64,000 nucleotides of DNA from Dehalococcoidia bacterium (GTDB taxonomy: Bacteria > Chloroflexota > Dehalococcoidia > Lucifugimonadales > UBA3495), in assembly GCA_965232815.1 (NCBI GenBank), contig OZ247427.1, positions 3,609,602 through 3,673,601 of the forward strand, given 5' to 3'. How positions within the stretch are numbered: position 1 is the stretch's first letter; every line of letters starts with the position of its first letter. The translations under genes and the position numbers were made by a program. This document shows positions 26,999-37,246 of this stretch, piece after piece. The notes beneath the pieces are model-generated. The model ran no database searches, was not told where the DNA came from, and worked only from the letters and a program-made list of their open reading frames with translations.

Positions 26999-27027
26999 TT
27001 GCCCTCACCTTTTGGCGGGTGTATATT
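26999..27027 (+). promoter_or_regulatory. Sigma70-like promoter candidate upstream of the ABC exporter operon
   Basis: TTGCCC - 17 nt - TATATT, about 180 nt upstream of ATG 27208. Pattern match only. Confidence 0.35.
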
Positions 27028-27207
27028 GATGCCCCCATGGTATCGAGTTTCTTTACTGCGCCCCGGGCCATGCTCCCAGGGCGAATCGCCCCCCAAACCA
27101 GCGACGCGTGTTTTTTTGCGGAGTCTCGTCCCGCCCCGATGCGTGCGTTATTCTCCGGGCAGGTACCCGGCGGGACAGTACTTGGCGGGCAAAGGATGGG
27201 CCTCTAG

Positions 27208-29022
27208 ATGAACGTCCTGGCTCGCATTATCGGGATGGCCGCCCACTACCCGTTGCGGCTGATCCTCGCGTACGCTTCTGCCCTGGCTGCCATCGCGTTC
27301 TCCCTGGCCCTTCCCTGGCTATTCGGCAACGCCATCGACCTGATGGTGGTTCGGGACGCAGTTACCGGCAAGTTCGTTAAAGCCGACTTCACCCTCGCCG
27401 CGCTGGTTTTCCACGGCGTTGGCATCCTGGGCGTCAGCCTTGGTCGCGGCTTCTGCGATTTCGCCCGCACCTACACCACCGAGTCCCTTTCGCAGAAGGT
27501 TTCCTTCGATTGCCGCAACCTCCTTTACGACAAGCTGCAAAACATCAGCTTCGCCTTCCACGACAAGGAGCACACCGGCGACCTGATGTCCCGCGCCACC
27601 GCCGACGTCGAGGCGATGCGCCGGTTTGTCAACATGGGCATGATCCGCTCCCTCGACGTGGTGGTGCGCATCATCGCCATCCCATTCATCCTGGTATTCC
27701 TGAACTGGGAACTGGCCTTGGTCAGCATGATCTTCGTGCCGGCCATCGTCCTGCGCTCCTCCTTCGTCATGCGCGCCCTGCGCCGCAAGTGGCTCCACGT
27801 CCAGGAGGTGATGGGCGAGTCCGTCACCGTCCTCCAGGAAAACCTGGCCGGCATGCACGTGGTCAAGGCTTTCGCCTCCGAGGACTACGAACGCAGGAAG
27901 TACAATCGCAAGGCCGAGGAACTGCGCGTCGAGTACTTCGATGCGGAGCGGATGCAGGGCACCAACAGCGCATGGATGACCTTGTATTTCACCTTCGCCC
28001 TTGGCGTGGTCCTCTGGTATGGCGGCTGGCAGGTGGTCACCGGAGACCTTACCGCCGGCGATCTCGCCAAGTTCTTCCTCTACCTGAACCAGCTCACCTT
28101 CCCAATCCGGGCGTCCGCCCAGATCATCAACACCTTCTCCCGCGCCATGTCCTCTGGCCAGCGCCTCTTCAACGTGCTGGACGCGGCCTCCCCCGTGTCG
28201 GAAAAGCCCAACGCGGCAGAATTGGGCCGCGCTACCGGGCACGTCCGCTTCGAAAAGGTCGGATTCTCGTACGAAGATCGCTCGCCAGCGTTGCGCGAAG
28301 TTGACTTGGACGCCAAACCCGGCCAGGTTACCGCAATACTCGGCGCCCCGGGCAGCGGAAAAACCACCGTCGTCAACCTGCTCCCCAGGTTCTACGACGT
28401 TACCGACGGGCAGATCACCATCGACGGCGACGATATCCGCGAGTTCACCCTCCAATCGCTCCGGCACAACGTCGGCATCGTCCACCAGGATGTCTACCTG
28501 TTCAGCGCCAACATCCGCGACAATATCGGCTACGGCGTCAAGGGCGCCACCCACGAGGACATTGAACGCGCCGCCAAAGTGGCCCAGTTGCACGACCAGA
28601 TCATGTCCCTGCCCAACGGCTACGACACCTGGGTCGGCGAGCGTGGCACCACCCTCTCCGGTGGCCAGCGTCAGCGCCTCTCCATCGCCCGCACCATCCT
28701 TATCGACCCGCCCATCTTGATCCTCGATGACTCAACCTCCAGCGTTGACGTGGAAACCGAACGCCAGATTCACCGCGCCATGATCGAGGTCATGAAGGGC
28801 CGCACCACCTTCGTAATCGCCCACCGCCTGAGCACCGTCCGCGAGGCTGACCAGATCCTCGTCCTCGACCGCGGCAACATCGTCGAACGCGGGAACCACG
28901 AGGAACTGATCCGGTCCGGCGGCATCTACCAGAGCATCTACGAATTGCAGTTGCGCCCCCAGGAGGAAGTCCTGCTGGAAGCCTCTGTTCCGGCCATGGC
29001 CGACGGGAGGGCAGCGCTATGA
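27208..29022 (+). CDS. ABC transporter, fused permease/ATP-binding protein (exporter half, MdlA/MsbA-like)
   Basis: Six-TM N-terminal domain, then Walker A GAPGSGKTT, signature LSGGQRQRLSIAR and Walker B ILILDD. Length 604 aa. Confidence 0.9.
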   Translation: MNVLARIIGMAAHYPLRLILAYASALAAIAFSLALPWLFGNAIDLMVVRDAVTGKFVKADFTLAALVFHGVGILGVSLGRGFCDFARTYTTESLSQKVSFDCRNLLYDKLQNISFAFHDKEHTGDLMSRATADVEAMRRFVNMGMIRSLDVVVRIIAIPFILVFLNWELALVSMIFVPAIVLRSSFVMRALRRKWLHVQEVMGESVTVLQENLAGMHVVKAFASEDYERRKYNRKAEELRVEYFDAERMQGTNSAWMTLYFTFALGVVLWYGGWQVVTGDLTAGDLAKFFLYLNQLTFPIRASAQIINTFSRAMSSGQRLFNVLDAASPVSEKPNAAELGRATGHVRFEKVGFSYEDRSPALREVDLDAKPGQVTAILGAPGSGKTTVVNLLPRFYDVTDGQITIDGDDIREFTLQSLRHNVGIVHQDVYLFSANIRDNIGYGVKGATHEDIERAAKVAQLHDQIMSLPNGYDTWVGERGTTLSGGQRQRLSIARTILIDPPILILDDSTSSVDVETERQIHRAMIEVMKGRTTFVIAHRLSTVREADQILVLDRGNIVERGNHEELIRSGGIYQSIYELQLRPQEEVLLEASVPAMADGRAAL

Positions 29023-30947
29023 TGCGAGGCGGCGGAGGCATGGGCGGCGGCATGATGCGGGGGATGCGCGGCACCTCTGCGGACAGCATGTTCGCCCCCA
29101 CCAACGACAACCTCACCGACGAGGACGTGGTCGGTCGCGTCTACGACAACCGCGTTGTCATGCGGTTCATGTCCTTCATCAAACCTTATAAGACCTACGC
29201 CCTGATCGCGTTGGCATCCCTGCTGGTCTACGCGGCAGTCAACGCCTCCATCCCGCTCCTGATCAAATGGGGCATCGACTGGGCGATCGCCGAAGGACAG
29301 GTCAACCGCGTCCACATCATCGGCGTGGCCTTCATGGTCATTACGGTGATCCACTTCCTCTCCAACCGCCTCCAGTTCATTTTCATCTCCCGGACCGGCC
29401 AGCATGTCCTGTACGACCTGCGGTCCGGCATGTTCAGCCACCTGCAGAACCAGTCCAACGCCTTCTACCACCGCACTCCCATCGGACGCATCATGTCCCG
29501 CATGCAGTCCGACATTCTCCAGCTCCAGGAAACTTTCGAACTCCTCGCCCTCGCGTTGGCCGAACTGGTAACCGTCGTCGCCATCATCGCCCTCATGCTG
29601 ATCGTCAACTGGCAGTTGGCGCTGGTTTGCATGGTCGTGGTGCCCGTCCTCACCGTCATCATGATGTACTGGCAGCGTTTCGCCCGCCATTCCTTCATGC
29701 GCATCCGTCGCGCCATCGCCATGGTCAACGGCGAATACAACCAGAACATTACCGGGGTCCGCGTCGTCCAGAGCCTGAATCGCCAGGACGAAAACATGGC
29801 CCACTTCCGCACGCTCAACTCGGAATACCTGGACGCCAACCTCGAGGCCGCCCGCTATTCCGGTATGTTGCAGCCCCTTGTCGAGCTTCTCATCGGCCTC
29901 GGCATCGGCATCGGTGTCGTCCTGTTTGGCGGCTACCTCCTGCAACTCGACGCCCTCGAGGTCGGAACCCTGATCGCATTCGCCTTCTGGATCCAGCGTT
30001 TCTTTGAACCCATCCGCCAGCTGACCATGCAGTACAGCCAGTTGCAGCGTGCCATGGCCGCCGGCGTCCGGATCTTCGAAGTCCTGGACCTCGAACCCGA
30101 CATCATGGATAAGCCTGACGCGGTGGAACTGCCCGAAGTAAAGGGCGAAATTCGCTACAACGACGTCAACTTCCACTACAATGCCGGAGTCCCGGTCCTG
30201 AAAGGTGTGAACGTCCACATCAACGCCGGCGAGAATGTCGCCCTCGTGGGATCCACCGGCGCCGGCAAGAGCACCTTCGTCAATCTCCTGCACCGCTCCG
30301 CCGACGTTACCGAAGGCTCCATCACCGTCGATGGCTACGACCTCCGGGACGTCAAGCGCGAGTCCTTGGTGCACCAGATGAGCATGGTCCTTCAGGAACC
30401 GTATCTGTTCTCCGGAAGCGTCCGCGAAAACATCTGCTACCAGAACGAAGACCTCACTGAGGAACAGGTGGTGGAAGCGGCCAAAGCCGTCGGCGCCCAC
30501 GACTTCATCATGGAGATGGACAACGGCTACGACGCCGAACTGGCCGAACGCGGCATCAACCTCAGCATCGGTCAGCGCCAGCTCATCAGCTTCGCTCGCG
30601 CCATCGCCGGCAACCCCCGCATCCTCGTACTCGACGAAGCCACTGCCAACATCGACACCCACACGGAACTGCTCATTCAGCAGGCCCTCAGCCGCATCCT
30701 TAAGGGCCGAACCTCCATCGTAATCGCCCACCGCCTGTCCACCATCCGCAACGCCGACAAGATCGTTGTGCTGGACCGTGGCCAGGTTGTCGAGATCGGC
30801 AACCACGATCAGCTTCTGGAAGCCGGCGGAGTCTACGCCCAGCTCTACGCCATCAACTACGGCCTCTCCGGACCCAGCGTCGGCGTCGCGCCAGTTGGCG
30901 GTGAGGTCATCGGAGCCGACGGCCTCTCAACCGCCGCCGCCGACTGA
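29019..30947 (+). CDS. ABC transporter, fused permease/ATP-binding protein (exporter half, MdlB-like)
   Basis: Start overlaps the upstream stop (ATGATG). Walker A GSTGAGKST, signature-like LSIGQRQLISFAR, Walker B ILVLDEAT. Gly/Met-rich N-terminal tail MMRGGGGMGGGMMRGMRG. Confidence 0.9.
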   Translation: MMRGGGGMGGGMMRGMRGTSADSMFAPTNDNLTDEDVVGRVYDNRVVMRFMSFIKPYKTYALIALASLLVYAAVNASIPLLIKWGIDWAIAEGQVNRVHIIGVAFMVITVIHFLSNRLQFIFISRTGQHVLYDLRSGMFSHLQNQSNAFYHRTPIGRIMSRMQSDILQLQETFELLALALAELVTVVAIIALMLIVNWQLALVCMVVVPVLTVIMMYWQRFARHSFMRIRRAIAMVNGEYNQNITGVRVVQSLNRQDENMAHFRTLNSEYLDANLEAARYSGMLQPLVELLIGLGIGIGVVLFGGYLLQLDALEVGTLIAFAFWIQRFFEPIRQLTMQYSQLQRAMAAGVRIFEVLDLEPDIMDKPDAVELPEVKGEIRYNDVNFHYNAGVPVLKGVNVHINAGENVALVGSTGAGKSTFVNLLHRSADVTEGSITVDGYDLRDVKRESLVHQMSMVLQEPYLFSGSVRENICYQNEDLTEEQVVEAAKAVGAHDFIMEMDNGYDAELAERGINLSIGQRQLISFARAIAGNPRILVLDEATANIDTHTELLIQQALSRILKGRTSIVIAHRLSTIRNADKIVVLDRGQVVEIGNHDQLLEAGGVYAQLYAINYGLSGPSVGVAPVGGEVIGADGLSTAAAD

Positions 30948-31109
30948 CCCCCACGGCCGGGTCGGCCTCAGCGCAGCGCCGTCCTCCCCGCGCGGTCGGG
31001 AAACAACCCGACGGGATATCCAACGGCATTCGGTACGCTGCGTCCTTACGACTGCCGCTACCTCACCCTGGCAGCAGCAATCGCCACAGGCGCAAGCCTC
31101 CCATACCGC

Positions 31110-31997
31110 CTAACCCGTCTCTCCCAAAAACCCGCGGATTACCGCCGCCAACTCCCCCGGCTTGTCGTACCCAATGTCGTGGATCGTCTCCGGGATCCAG
31201 TGGACCCGCCCGTTCGGAAGCGCCTTTTCGGCAGCCGCAACCGCCACCTCGCGCTGCGATGAGAACGACGAAGCCGCCCTCTCCGGCCGTGGCCCCGCTG
31301 CCACCACCAGCGTCGGCGCGCTGACCTTCGGCAGCACTACGGACGGCGGCTCACCCCACATGGTTTCCAGCACCTGCGCGTGATTGTCCGGGCGCAGGAT
31401 GTCCCGCATCTGCCCGTCCGCGCCCTCGTACACCATCGTCAGCGCGATCTCTTCCAGGTCATCGCCCCAGCAGAACGACAGGTTCGCCCGCAACTGCGCC
31501 AGGTACTCGGACCGTGTCCCCGCCACCAATCGCGGAGCCAGCCGCCGCTTGAACGCCTCCCACGTCGGCTCGGGAAGCAGCGTGCCGTCCTGGAACCCTC
31601 CGTCAATCATCACCAGCCTGTCCACCCGGTCGGGGAACCGCATTGCCAGGTTGCTCGACACGTGCCCGCCCCACGAATGTCCCAGCACCACCGCCCGCTC
31701 GATACCGAAGTGGTCCAGCACCCTCACCGCATCCTCCGCCAGCGTTTGCCAGTCGTACCCCGACGGCGCTTGCGTGGTCGCGCCGTGCCCCCGCTGGTCC
31801 GGCGCGATTATCCGGTGGTCCACCGCCAGGTGCGGGGCCACCCTCCGGTACCAGTGTCCCGACGACGCCAGCCCGTGCAGGGCCAGCATCGGCGCGCCGT
31901 TCCCGCCCCAGTCCAGGCAATGAACGTCCAAGTCTCCCAGCCGGATCGTTTCGGCGGTGGGTTGCGGGGTTCCGGAGTCGTAAGTCTGCTCTGACAT
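31110..31997 (-). CDS. Alpha/beta hydrolase
   Basis: HGLASSGHWY, the nucleophile elbow VLGHSWGG, and the C-terminal IPETIHDIGYDKP. ATG at 31997; the ORF track uses TTG at 32003. Confidence 0.85.
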   Translation of the reverse strand: MSEQTYDSGTPQPTAETIRLGDLDVHCLDWGGNGAPMLALHGLASSGHWYRRVAPHLAVDHRIIAPDQRGHGATTQAPSGYDWQTLAEDAVRVLDHFGIERAVVLGHSWGGHVSSNLAMRFPDRVDRLVMIDGGFQDGTLLPEPTWEAFKRRLAPRLVAGTRSEYLAQLRANLSFCWGDDLEEIALTMVYEGADGQMRDILRPDNHAQVLETMWGEPPSVVLPKVSAPTLVVAAGPRPERAASSFSSQREVAVAAAEKALPNGRVHWIPETIHDIGYDKPGELAAVIRGFLGETG

Positions 31998-32124
31998 GCT
32001 CAATGACCCTCTTGGGATATACGGTTCCTGCGAATTATACTCCCGACACCCGGCGCCAATGTGTCTCCCGGGTTATATGCTAGAATCGCCCTATAGAGGA
32101 TGCCACGATGGCGAGGTGGTTGCC

Positions 32125-33768
32125 ATGACGACCGACCGTTATCACCTTGGCGCAAACGCTGCGGCAGTTTCACTCATGGCGTCCCGGCTGGACGCTGAAC
32201 ACGTTACCGCCCGGCTCAACGCCCACGACCACACCCTGTGGAGTGCCGATCCCACCGAGATCTCCGACCGCCTGGCGTGGCTGACTCTGCCCACCGACAT
32301 TCGGACCGAAGTCGACGATCTCCGCCGGTTCGCCGATGCCGCGCACGCTGAGGGTTACCGCCACGTCGCCCTGCTGGGCATGGGCGGCAGCAGCCTCGGC
32401 CCCGAGGTTATTCGGCAGGTAGTCGGATCCTCGAACGGCGACCTCCGCGCCGACATGTTCACCCTCGACAGCACCGTGCCTGCGTGGGTCGCAGCGACCA
32501 CCGCAGCCATCGACCCGGCGCGCACTATCTTCGCAGTCTCGTCCAAATCCGGCACCACTACCGAACCATTGGCGTTCTACGCCCATTTCCGCCACCTCGT
32601 CGAGTCAACGGTCGGGGCCGAAAACGCCGGACGCAGCTTCATCGCCGTAACCGACCCCGGCACCCCCTTGGTATCCCTCGGGCAAAACACCGGTTTCCGG
32701 CGCGCGTTCATCAACGATCCTGATATCGGCGGACGCTACTCCGTCCTCTCGTATTTCGGCCTGGTCCCGGCGGCCTTGATGGGCGTCGATCTGTCGCGCC
32801 TCCTCGACCCGGCAGAACGCATGCAACAGGCTTGCACGGCTGCCGGTCCCGTCTCTGAAAACCCCGGCGCCTGGTTGGGCACGGTCATCGGCGCGTTGGC
32901 TGCCGAGGGCCGCGACAAGCTGACCTTGGTGGCATCCCCGCGCATCGCCGGATTCGGCCTCTGGGTCGAGCAGTTGTTGGCGGAAAGCACCGGCAAAAGC
33001 GGCGCCGGCATCATCCCGGTTGCCTCCGAGCCGTTGGGCAGCCCCGAGCATTACGGCGCCGACCGGTTCTTCGTCCAGCTGCGGCTTGCCGACGACGACT
33101 CTGAGGAAGCCCTCGCCGCCGACCGCATGCTTGAAGAGTTCAAGAAAGCAGGCCACCCCGTCGCCCGCCTCGAAATGTCCGACGCCTACGATCTCGGCGC
33201 CGAGTTCTACCGTTGGGAATACGCCACCGCAATCGCCGGCCACATTCTCGGCATCCATCCTTTCGATCAACCCGACGTGCAGGGCGCGAAAGACCGCACC
33301 GTCAGCGTCCTCGATCGCTACCAGGGCGAGGGACAGTTGCCGCAGTTGCACACCGACGAACCCGCGGCCCTGGTCAACCTGCTGGATCAATCCGCTGCTG
33401 GCGATTACCTGGCCGTCATGGCCTACCTGCACGACTCTCCCGGCACTGCCGACGCCATCCAGGAACTGCGCCGCAGCATCATGAAGCGATACGGAATCGC
33501 CACCACCGCCGGTTACGGCCCCCGTTTTCTGCACTCCACCGGACAACTGCACAAGGGCGGCCCCAACTCCGGCATATACCTGCAGTTGACCCAGAGACAT
33601 TCCGCGGATGTACCGATACCCGATTGGCCTTTCAGTTTCGGCGTGCTCGCCGACGCTCAGGCGTTGGGAGACATCCAGGCCTTGCGCGGACTCGGCCGAC
33701 GCACCGTGTCCCTCCGCTTGGAAGGCGATCCCGCCGCCGCAATTCGACACCTCACCCAAACCCTATGA
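32125..33768 (+). CDS. pgi: Glucose-6-phosphate isomerase
   Basis: LGMGGSSLGPEV, SKSGTTTEP and DIGGRYSVLSYFGLVPAAL are PGI/SIS-domain signatures. ATG at 32125 has GAGGTGG upstream. The 31996 start overlaps the divergent gene. Confidence 0.85.
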   Translation: MTTDRYHLGANAAAVSLMASRLDAEHVTARLNAHDHTLWSADPTEISDRLAWLTLPTDIRTEVDDLRRFADAAHAEGYRHVALLGMGGSSLGPEVIRQVVGSSNGDLRADMFTLDSTVPAWVAATTAAIDPARTIFAVSSKSGTTTEPLAFYAHFRHLVESTVGAENAGRSFIAVTDPGTPLVSLGQNTGFRRAFINDPDIGGRYSVLSYFGLVPAALMGVDLSRLLDPAERMQQACTAAGPVSENPGAWLGTVIGALAAEGRDKLTLVASPRIAGFGLWVEQLLAESTGKSGAGIIPVASEPLGSPEHYGADRFFVQLRLADDDSEEALAADRMLEEFKKAGHPVARLEMSDAYDLGAEFYRWEYATAIAGHILGIHPFDQPDVQGAKDRTVSVLDRYQGEGQLPQLHTDEPAALVNLLDQSAAGDYLAVMAYLHDSPGTADAIQELRRSIMKRYGIATTAGYGPRFLHSTGQLHKGGPNSGIYLQLTQRHSADVPIPDWPFSFGVLADAQALGDIQALRGLGRRTVSLRLEGDPAAAIRHLTQTL

Positions 33769-33783
33769 CACGGGAGGAATATC

Positions 33784-34701
33784 TTGGAACTGGGAATGAT
33801 CGGCTTGGGTCGCATGGGCGCCAACATGGTTCAGCGACTGCTGAACGGCGGCCACAGCGTCGTCGTCTACGACCAGAACGCTGAGGCCGTCGCATCCAGC
33901 GCGTCCGGCGGTGCCGTTCCCGCTCAGTCGGCCGCCGATTTGGTATCCCGGCTCTCCGCGCCCCGCGCGGTATGGGTCATGCTCCCGGCCGGCCCCGTCA
34001 CCGATACGGTCATCGACGAACTCGGCGGCTTGCTGCAACCCGGCGACGCAGTGATCGACGGCGGCAACGCCAACTACAAGGACACCCTCCGGCGCGGCGC
34101 GGCGTTGTCTCAACTCGGCATCAACCTCATGGACGCCGGCACCAGCGGCGGCGTCTGGGGCCTCGTCCACGGTTACTCCCTCATGATCGGCGGCGACCCC
34201 GATGCCTACTCCCGCCTGGAGCCCATCTTCCAGACCTTGGCCCCCGGCGAAGACAAGGGCTACAGCCACGTCGGCCCCACCGGCGCCGGTCATTTCACCA
34301 AGATGGTGCACAACGGCGTGGAGTACGCCCTGATGCAGGCCTACGCCGAGGGTTTCGAACTCCTCCAGGCCAAGCAGGATGACTTCGACCTCGACCTCGC
34401 CGCCATCGCCAAAACCTGGCAGCACGGCAGCGTGGTTCGATCCTGGCTCCTCGACTTGGCCGTGTTGGCGCTCGAAGCCGACCCCGGGCTGGAAAACCTC
34501 TCCGCCTACGTCGACGATTCCGGCGAGGGTCGCTGGACCGTCAACGAGTCCGTCGATCTGGCGGTGCCCACCCCCACCATCACCGCTGCTCTCTACGAGC
34601 GTTTCCGGTCTCGCCAGGAGGAACCGTTCGGCTTCCGGTTGCTCGCCGCCCTCCGCAATCAGTTCGGCGGACACGCCGTCCGCGAGGCCAACACGCCATG
34701 A
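33784..34701 (+). CDS. gnd: 6-phosphogluconate dehydrogenase, decarboxylating (short form)
   Basis: MELGMIGLGRMGANMVQRLLNGGHSVVVYD...GAGHFTKMVHNGVEYALMQAYAEGF. Length 305 aa. Confidence 0.9.
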   Translation: MELGMIGLGRMGANMVQRLLNGGHSVVVYDQNAEAVASSASGGAVPAQSAADLVSRLSAPRAVWVMLPAGPVTDTVIDELGGLLQPGDAVIDGGNANYKDTLRRGAALSQLGINLMDAGTSGGVWGLVHGYSLMIGGDPDAYSRLEPIFQTLAPGEDKGYSHVGPTGAGHFTKMVHNGVEYALMQAYAEGFELLQAKQDDFDLDLAAIAKTWQHGSVVRSWLLDLAVLALEADPGLENLSAYVDDSGEGRWTVNESVDLAVPTPTITAALYERFRSRQEEPFGFRLLAALRNQFGGHAVREANTP

Positions 34702-36197
34702 CCACCGTCGGGGCAAACCTCCTGACCGACGATGGCGACGACGTAACCGCCCTGGTGATACTCGGAGCCAGCGGCAACCTGACCCAGCAGAAGTTGGGCC
34801 CCGCGCTCTACAGCCTGTACCACAAGGGCCGTCTGCCCCAACACGTCCACATCGTCGGCGTCGCCCGCAATGAAATGACCGACGAGCAGTTCCGCAACCA
34901 GTTGCGCGATGGCTGCGGCCAGCCTCCCGCCGACGAGTGGGACGAGTTCGCTGCGCGATTGTCCTATGTGACGGCTGACGTGACCGACCCCGGCGCGTTG
35001 TCCGAAGCCGGCGCCCAGATCTCCCACCTGCCCTCCCAGGGCGACGGAAAGCTCAACTGCCTATTTTACTTGGCGCTGGCCCCTGTCCTGTACGAACCCG
35101 CCATCGCCGCCCTGGCCGCTGCCGGCCTCGCCGACGAACGCGATGGCTGGCGCCGCGTGGTGATCGAAAAACCCTTCGGCTCCGATCTGCAAACTGCCGG
35201 GCGGTTGAACGCCAACATTCACGACGTCTTCCGGGAGGATCAGGTCTATCGCATTGACCACTACCTGGGCAAGGAGACCGTCCAGAACCTGCTGGTGTTC
35301 CGTTTCGCCAACGCTATTTTCGAACCCGTCTGGAACCGCAACTACATCGATCAGGTGCAGATCACGGTCACCGAAGACCTCCTGGTCGGCGAGCGCGGCG
35401 AATACTACGACCGCGCCGGCGTTCTCCGCGATATGTTCCAGAACCACCTCCTCCAACTGCTCGCCCTGGTGGCGATGGATCCCCCTTACGCCTTCGAGGC
35501 CGACGCCCTGCGTAACGAGAAGGTCAAGGTGCTGAACTCCGTGCGCCGCATGTCCGTGCATGACCTGCACCGGAACCTGGTCATCGGTCAGTACGACGGC
35601 TACCACATTGAACCCGGCGTCGCTCCCGGTTCCCAAACCCCGACCTACGCCGCCCTCCGCCTGTTCATTGATAACTGGCGGTGGCAGGGTGTCCCGTTCT
35701 ACCTGCGCTCCGGCAAGGGTCTCGCCCGCAAGACCACCGAGATGGTGATCCAGTTCCACTCTCCTCCGCACATGCTCTTCCCCGTCCCGGACGATGTCGC
35801 CATCCCCGGCAACACCCTTTCAATCTGCGTCCAGCCCAACGAGGGTATGCGCTTGGAGTTCCAGTCCAAGGTGCCCGACGCAGAACTGGATATGAAGGGC
35901 GTCTCCCTGGAGTTCCACTACGAGGAGGGGTTCGCCGGTATCGACATCCCCGACGCCTATGAGCGCCTGCTGCTCGACGTCATGGAAGGCGACGCCGCCC
36001 TGTTCACCCGCAACGACGAGATCGAGTTGGCGTGGAGCATCATCGACCCCATCATCGACAGCCTCGACATGCCCGGCGCGCCCGCTCCGTATCGTTACCT
36101 GCCGGGCATGAGCGGCCCGCCTCACAGCGAGGAACTCCTGCACTCCGACGGCCGCTACTGGCTCCCCGGTTGCGCCGACGTCGGCTACGCCGTCTGA
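34698..36197 (+). CDS. zwf: Glucose-6-phosphate dehydrogenase
   Basis: ILGASGNLTQQKL and RIDHYLGKETVQNLLVFRFAN are the Zwf active-site signature. Start overlaps the gnd stop (ATGA). Confidence 0.95.
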   Translation: MTTVGANLLTDDGDDVTALVILGASGNLTQQKLGPALYSLYHKGRLPQHVHIVGVARNEMTDEQFRNQLRDGCGQPPADEWDEFAARLSYVTADVTDPGALSEAGAQISHLPSQGDGKLNCLFYLALAPVLYEPAIAALAAAGLADERDGWRRVVIEKPFGSDLQTAGRLNANIHDVFREDQVYRIDHYLGKETVQNLLVFRFANAIFEPVWNRNYIDQVQITVTEDLLVGERGEYYDRAGVLRDMFQNHLLQLLALVAMDPPYAFEADALRNEKVKVLNSVRRMSVHDLHRNLVIGQYDGYHIEPGVAPGSQTPTYAALRLFIDNWRWQGVPFYLRSGKGLARKTTEMVIQFHSPPHMLFPVPDDVAIPGNTLSICVQPNEGMRLEFQSKVPDAELDMKGVSLEFHYEEGFAGIDIPDAYERLLLDVMEGDAALFTRNDEIELAWSIIDPIIDSLDMPGAPAPYRYLPGMSGPPHSEELLHSDGRYWLPGCADVGYAV

Positions 36198-36217
36198 TCC
36201 AACCCCGCCGGCAATAT

Positions 36218-36241
36218 GCGGGGGCAAATAATCATTCACCC
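36218..36241. repeat. REP-like palindrome, 'ggggcgaatRatcattcgcccc' family (degenerate)
   Basis: gcgggggcaaataatcattcaccc, 20 nt after the zwf stop. Confidence 0.45.
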
Positions 36242-36372
36242 TAGCCGCGCCAAACCCGCATCCTCCGCTACCGCATCCGACGTGCATCCACCCCTGTCGC
36301 GCTGAACCCTGCACGCGTGGGGGCGGGTATGAAGCCCGCCCCATTCGTCCCCCGCCCGCTCTCGCCGGCGGG

Positions 36373-37158
36373 TTACGCGTTCGCAAAAATCTCGTTCGCA
36401 ACGTCCATCGCGCCGCGCGCGAACGGTATGCCGGCGTACAGCGTCATGTGCCCGAACACCTCGATGATCTGGTCCTGCGTCAACCCGATGTTCAGCGCAC
36501 CACGGATGTGGCTCCGCAACGGCCCCTCGCGTCCCAGCGCTGCCAGGCAGGTCATCGTACAGATGCAGCGGCTCGGCAGATCCAGGCCCGGCCGGGTCCA
36601 CGTCGCACCCCAGTAGTACTCGCCCGTAATCCGCCCCAACTCGGCCTCGGCCTTGGTGGGAGGCGCCGGCCGGCTCCCGCCACCGCCTCCCATGTAGTTG
36701 CGCCGATACTCGTCCCCCCGCTGGAACAGGCTGTCAGGGTCCTCGTTCGAATCGTGAATCTGGGCCGGCGTGAAGTCGATCCCCCGCTCCTCGAAAACCG
36801 ACTTGCATATCGTCAGCGCCTGGATTCCTCCCGGCGCTCCGGCGTACCACGTATCGTGGATGATCAGTTCAACGACTTGCTCGGGCGTCAGACCGATGTT
36901 CAGCGCGTTCCCCAGGTGTCGGCGCAACTGCACCTCCCGGTTCAACACGATCAGCGTCGACAGCGTGATCATTTCGCGCTGCACTGGCGTCAGCGCCTCC
37001 CTCGGCCATATCGATCCGAACAGTCCCTCTCCCAGTATCCGCTCCAGATCCGGCGCAATGTCCCAGGCTCCCGGCGACGACCCTCCGGTGATCTGCCCTC
37101 CGCCGAACATTCGGCGCGTCTCCTGCCCGCGTTCGTAACGCGCATCCAACTCACTCAT
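36373..37158 (-). CDS. Carboxymuconolactone decarboxylase (AhpD-like) family protein, two CMD domains
   Basis: REMITLSTLIVLNREVQLRRHLGNALNIGLTPEQVVELIIH and CICTMTCLAALGREGPLRSHIRGALNIGLTQDQIIEVFGH form a duplicated CMD motif. ATG at 37158 is preceded by GGAGGA. Confidence 0.8.
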   Translation of the reverse strand: MSELDARYERGQETRRMFGGGQITGGSSPGAWDIAPDLERILGEGLFGSIWPREALTPVQREMITLSTLIVLNREVQLRRHLGNALNIGLTPEQVVELIIHDTWYAGAPGGIQALTICKSVFEERGIDFTPAQIHDSNEDPDSLFQRGDEYRRNYMGGGGGSRPAPPTKAEAELGRITGEYYWGATWTRPGLDLPSRCICTMTCLAALGREGPLRSHIRGALNIGLTQDQIIEVFGHMTLYAGIPFARGAMDVANEIFANA

Positions 37159-37246
37159 CTTGTCCTCCGTTCGTATCCTGTGAATCCCCGGCAGTGTACG
37201 GGCGCACATCACGCCACGCAACCGCATCCGCCCACCCGCCGTACAG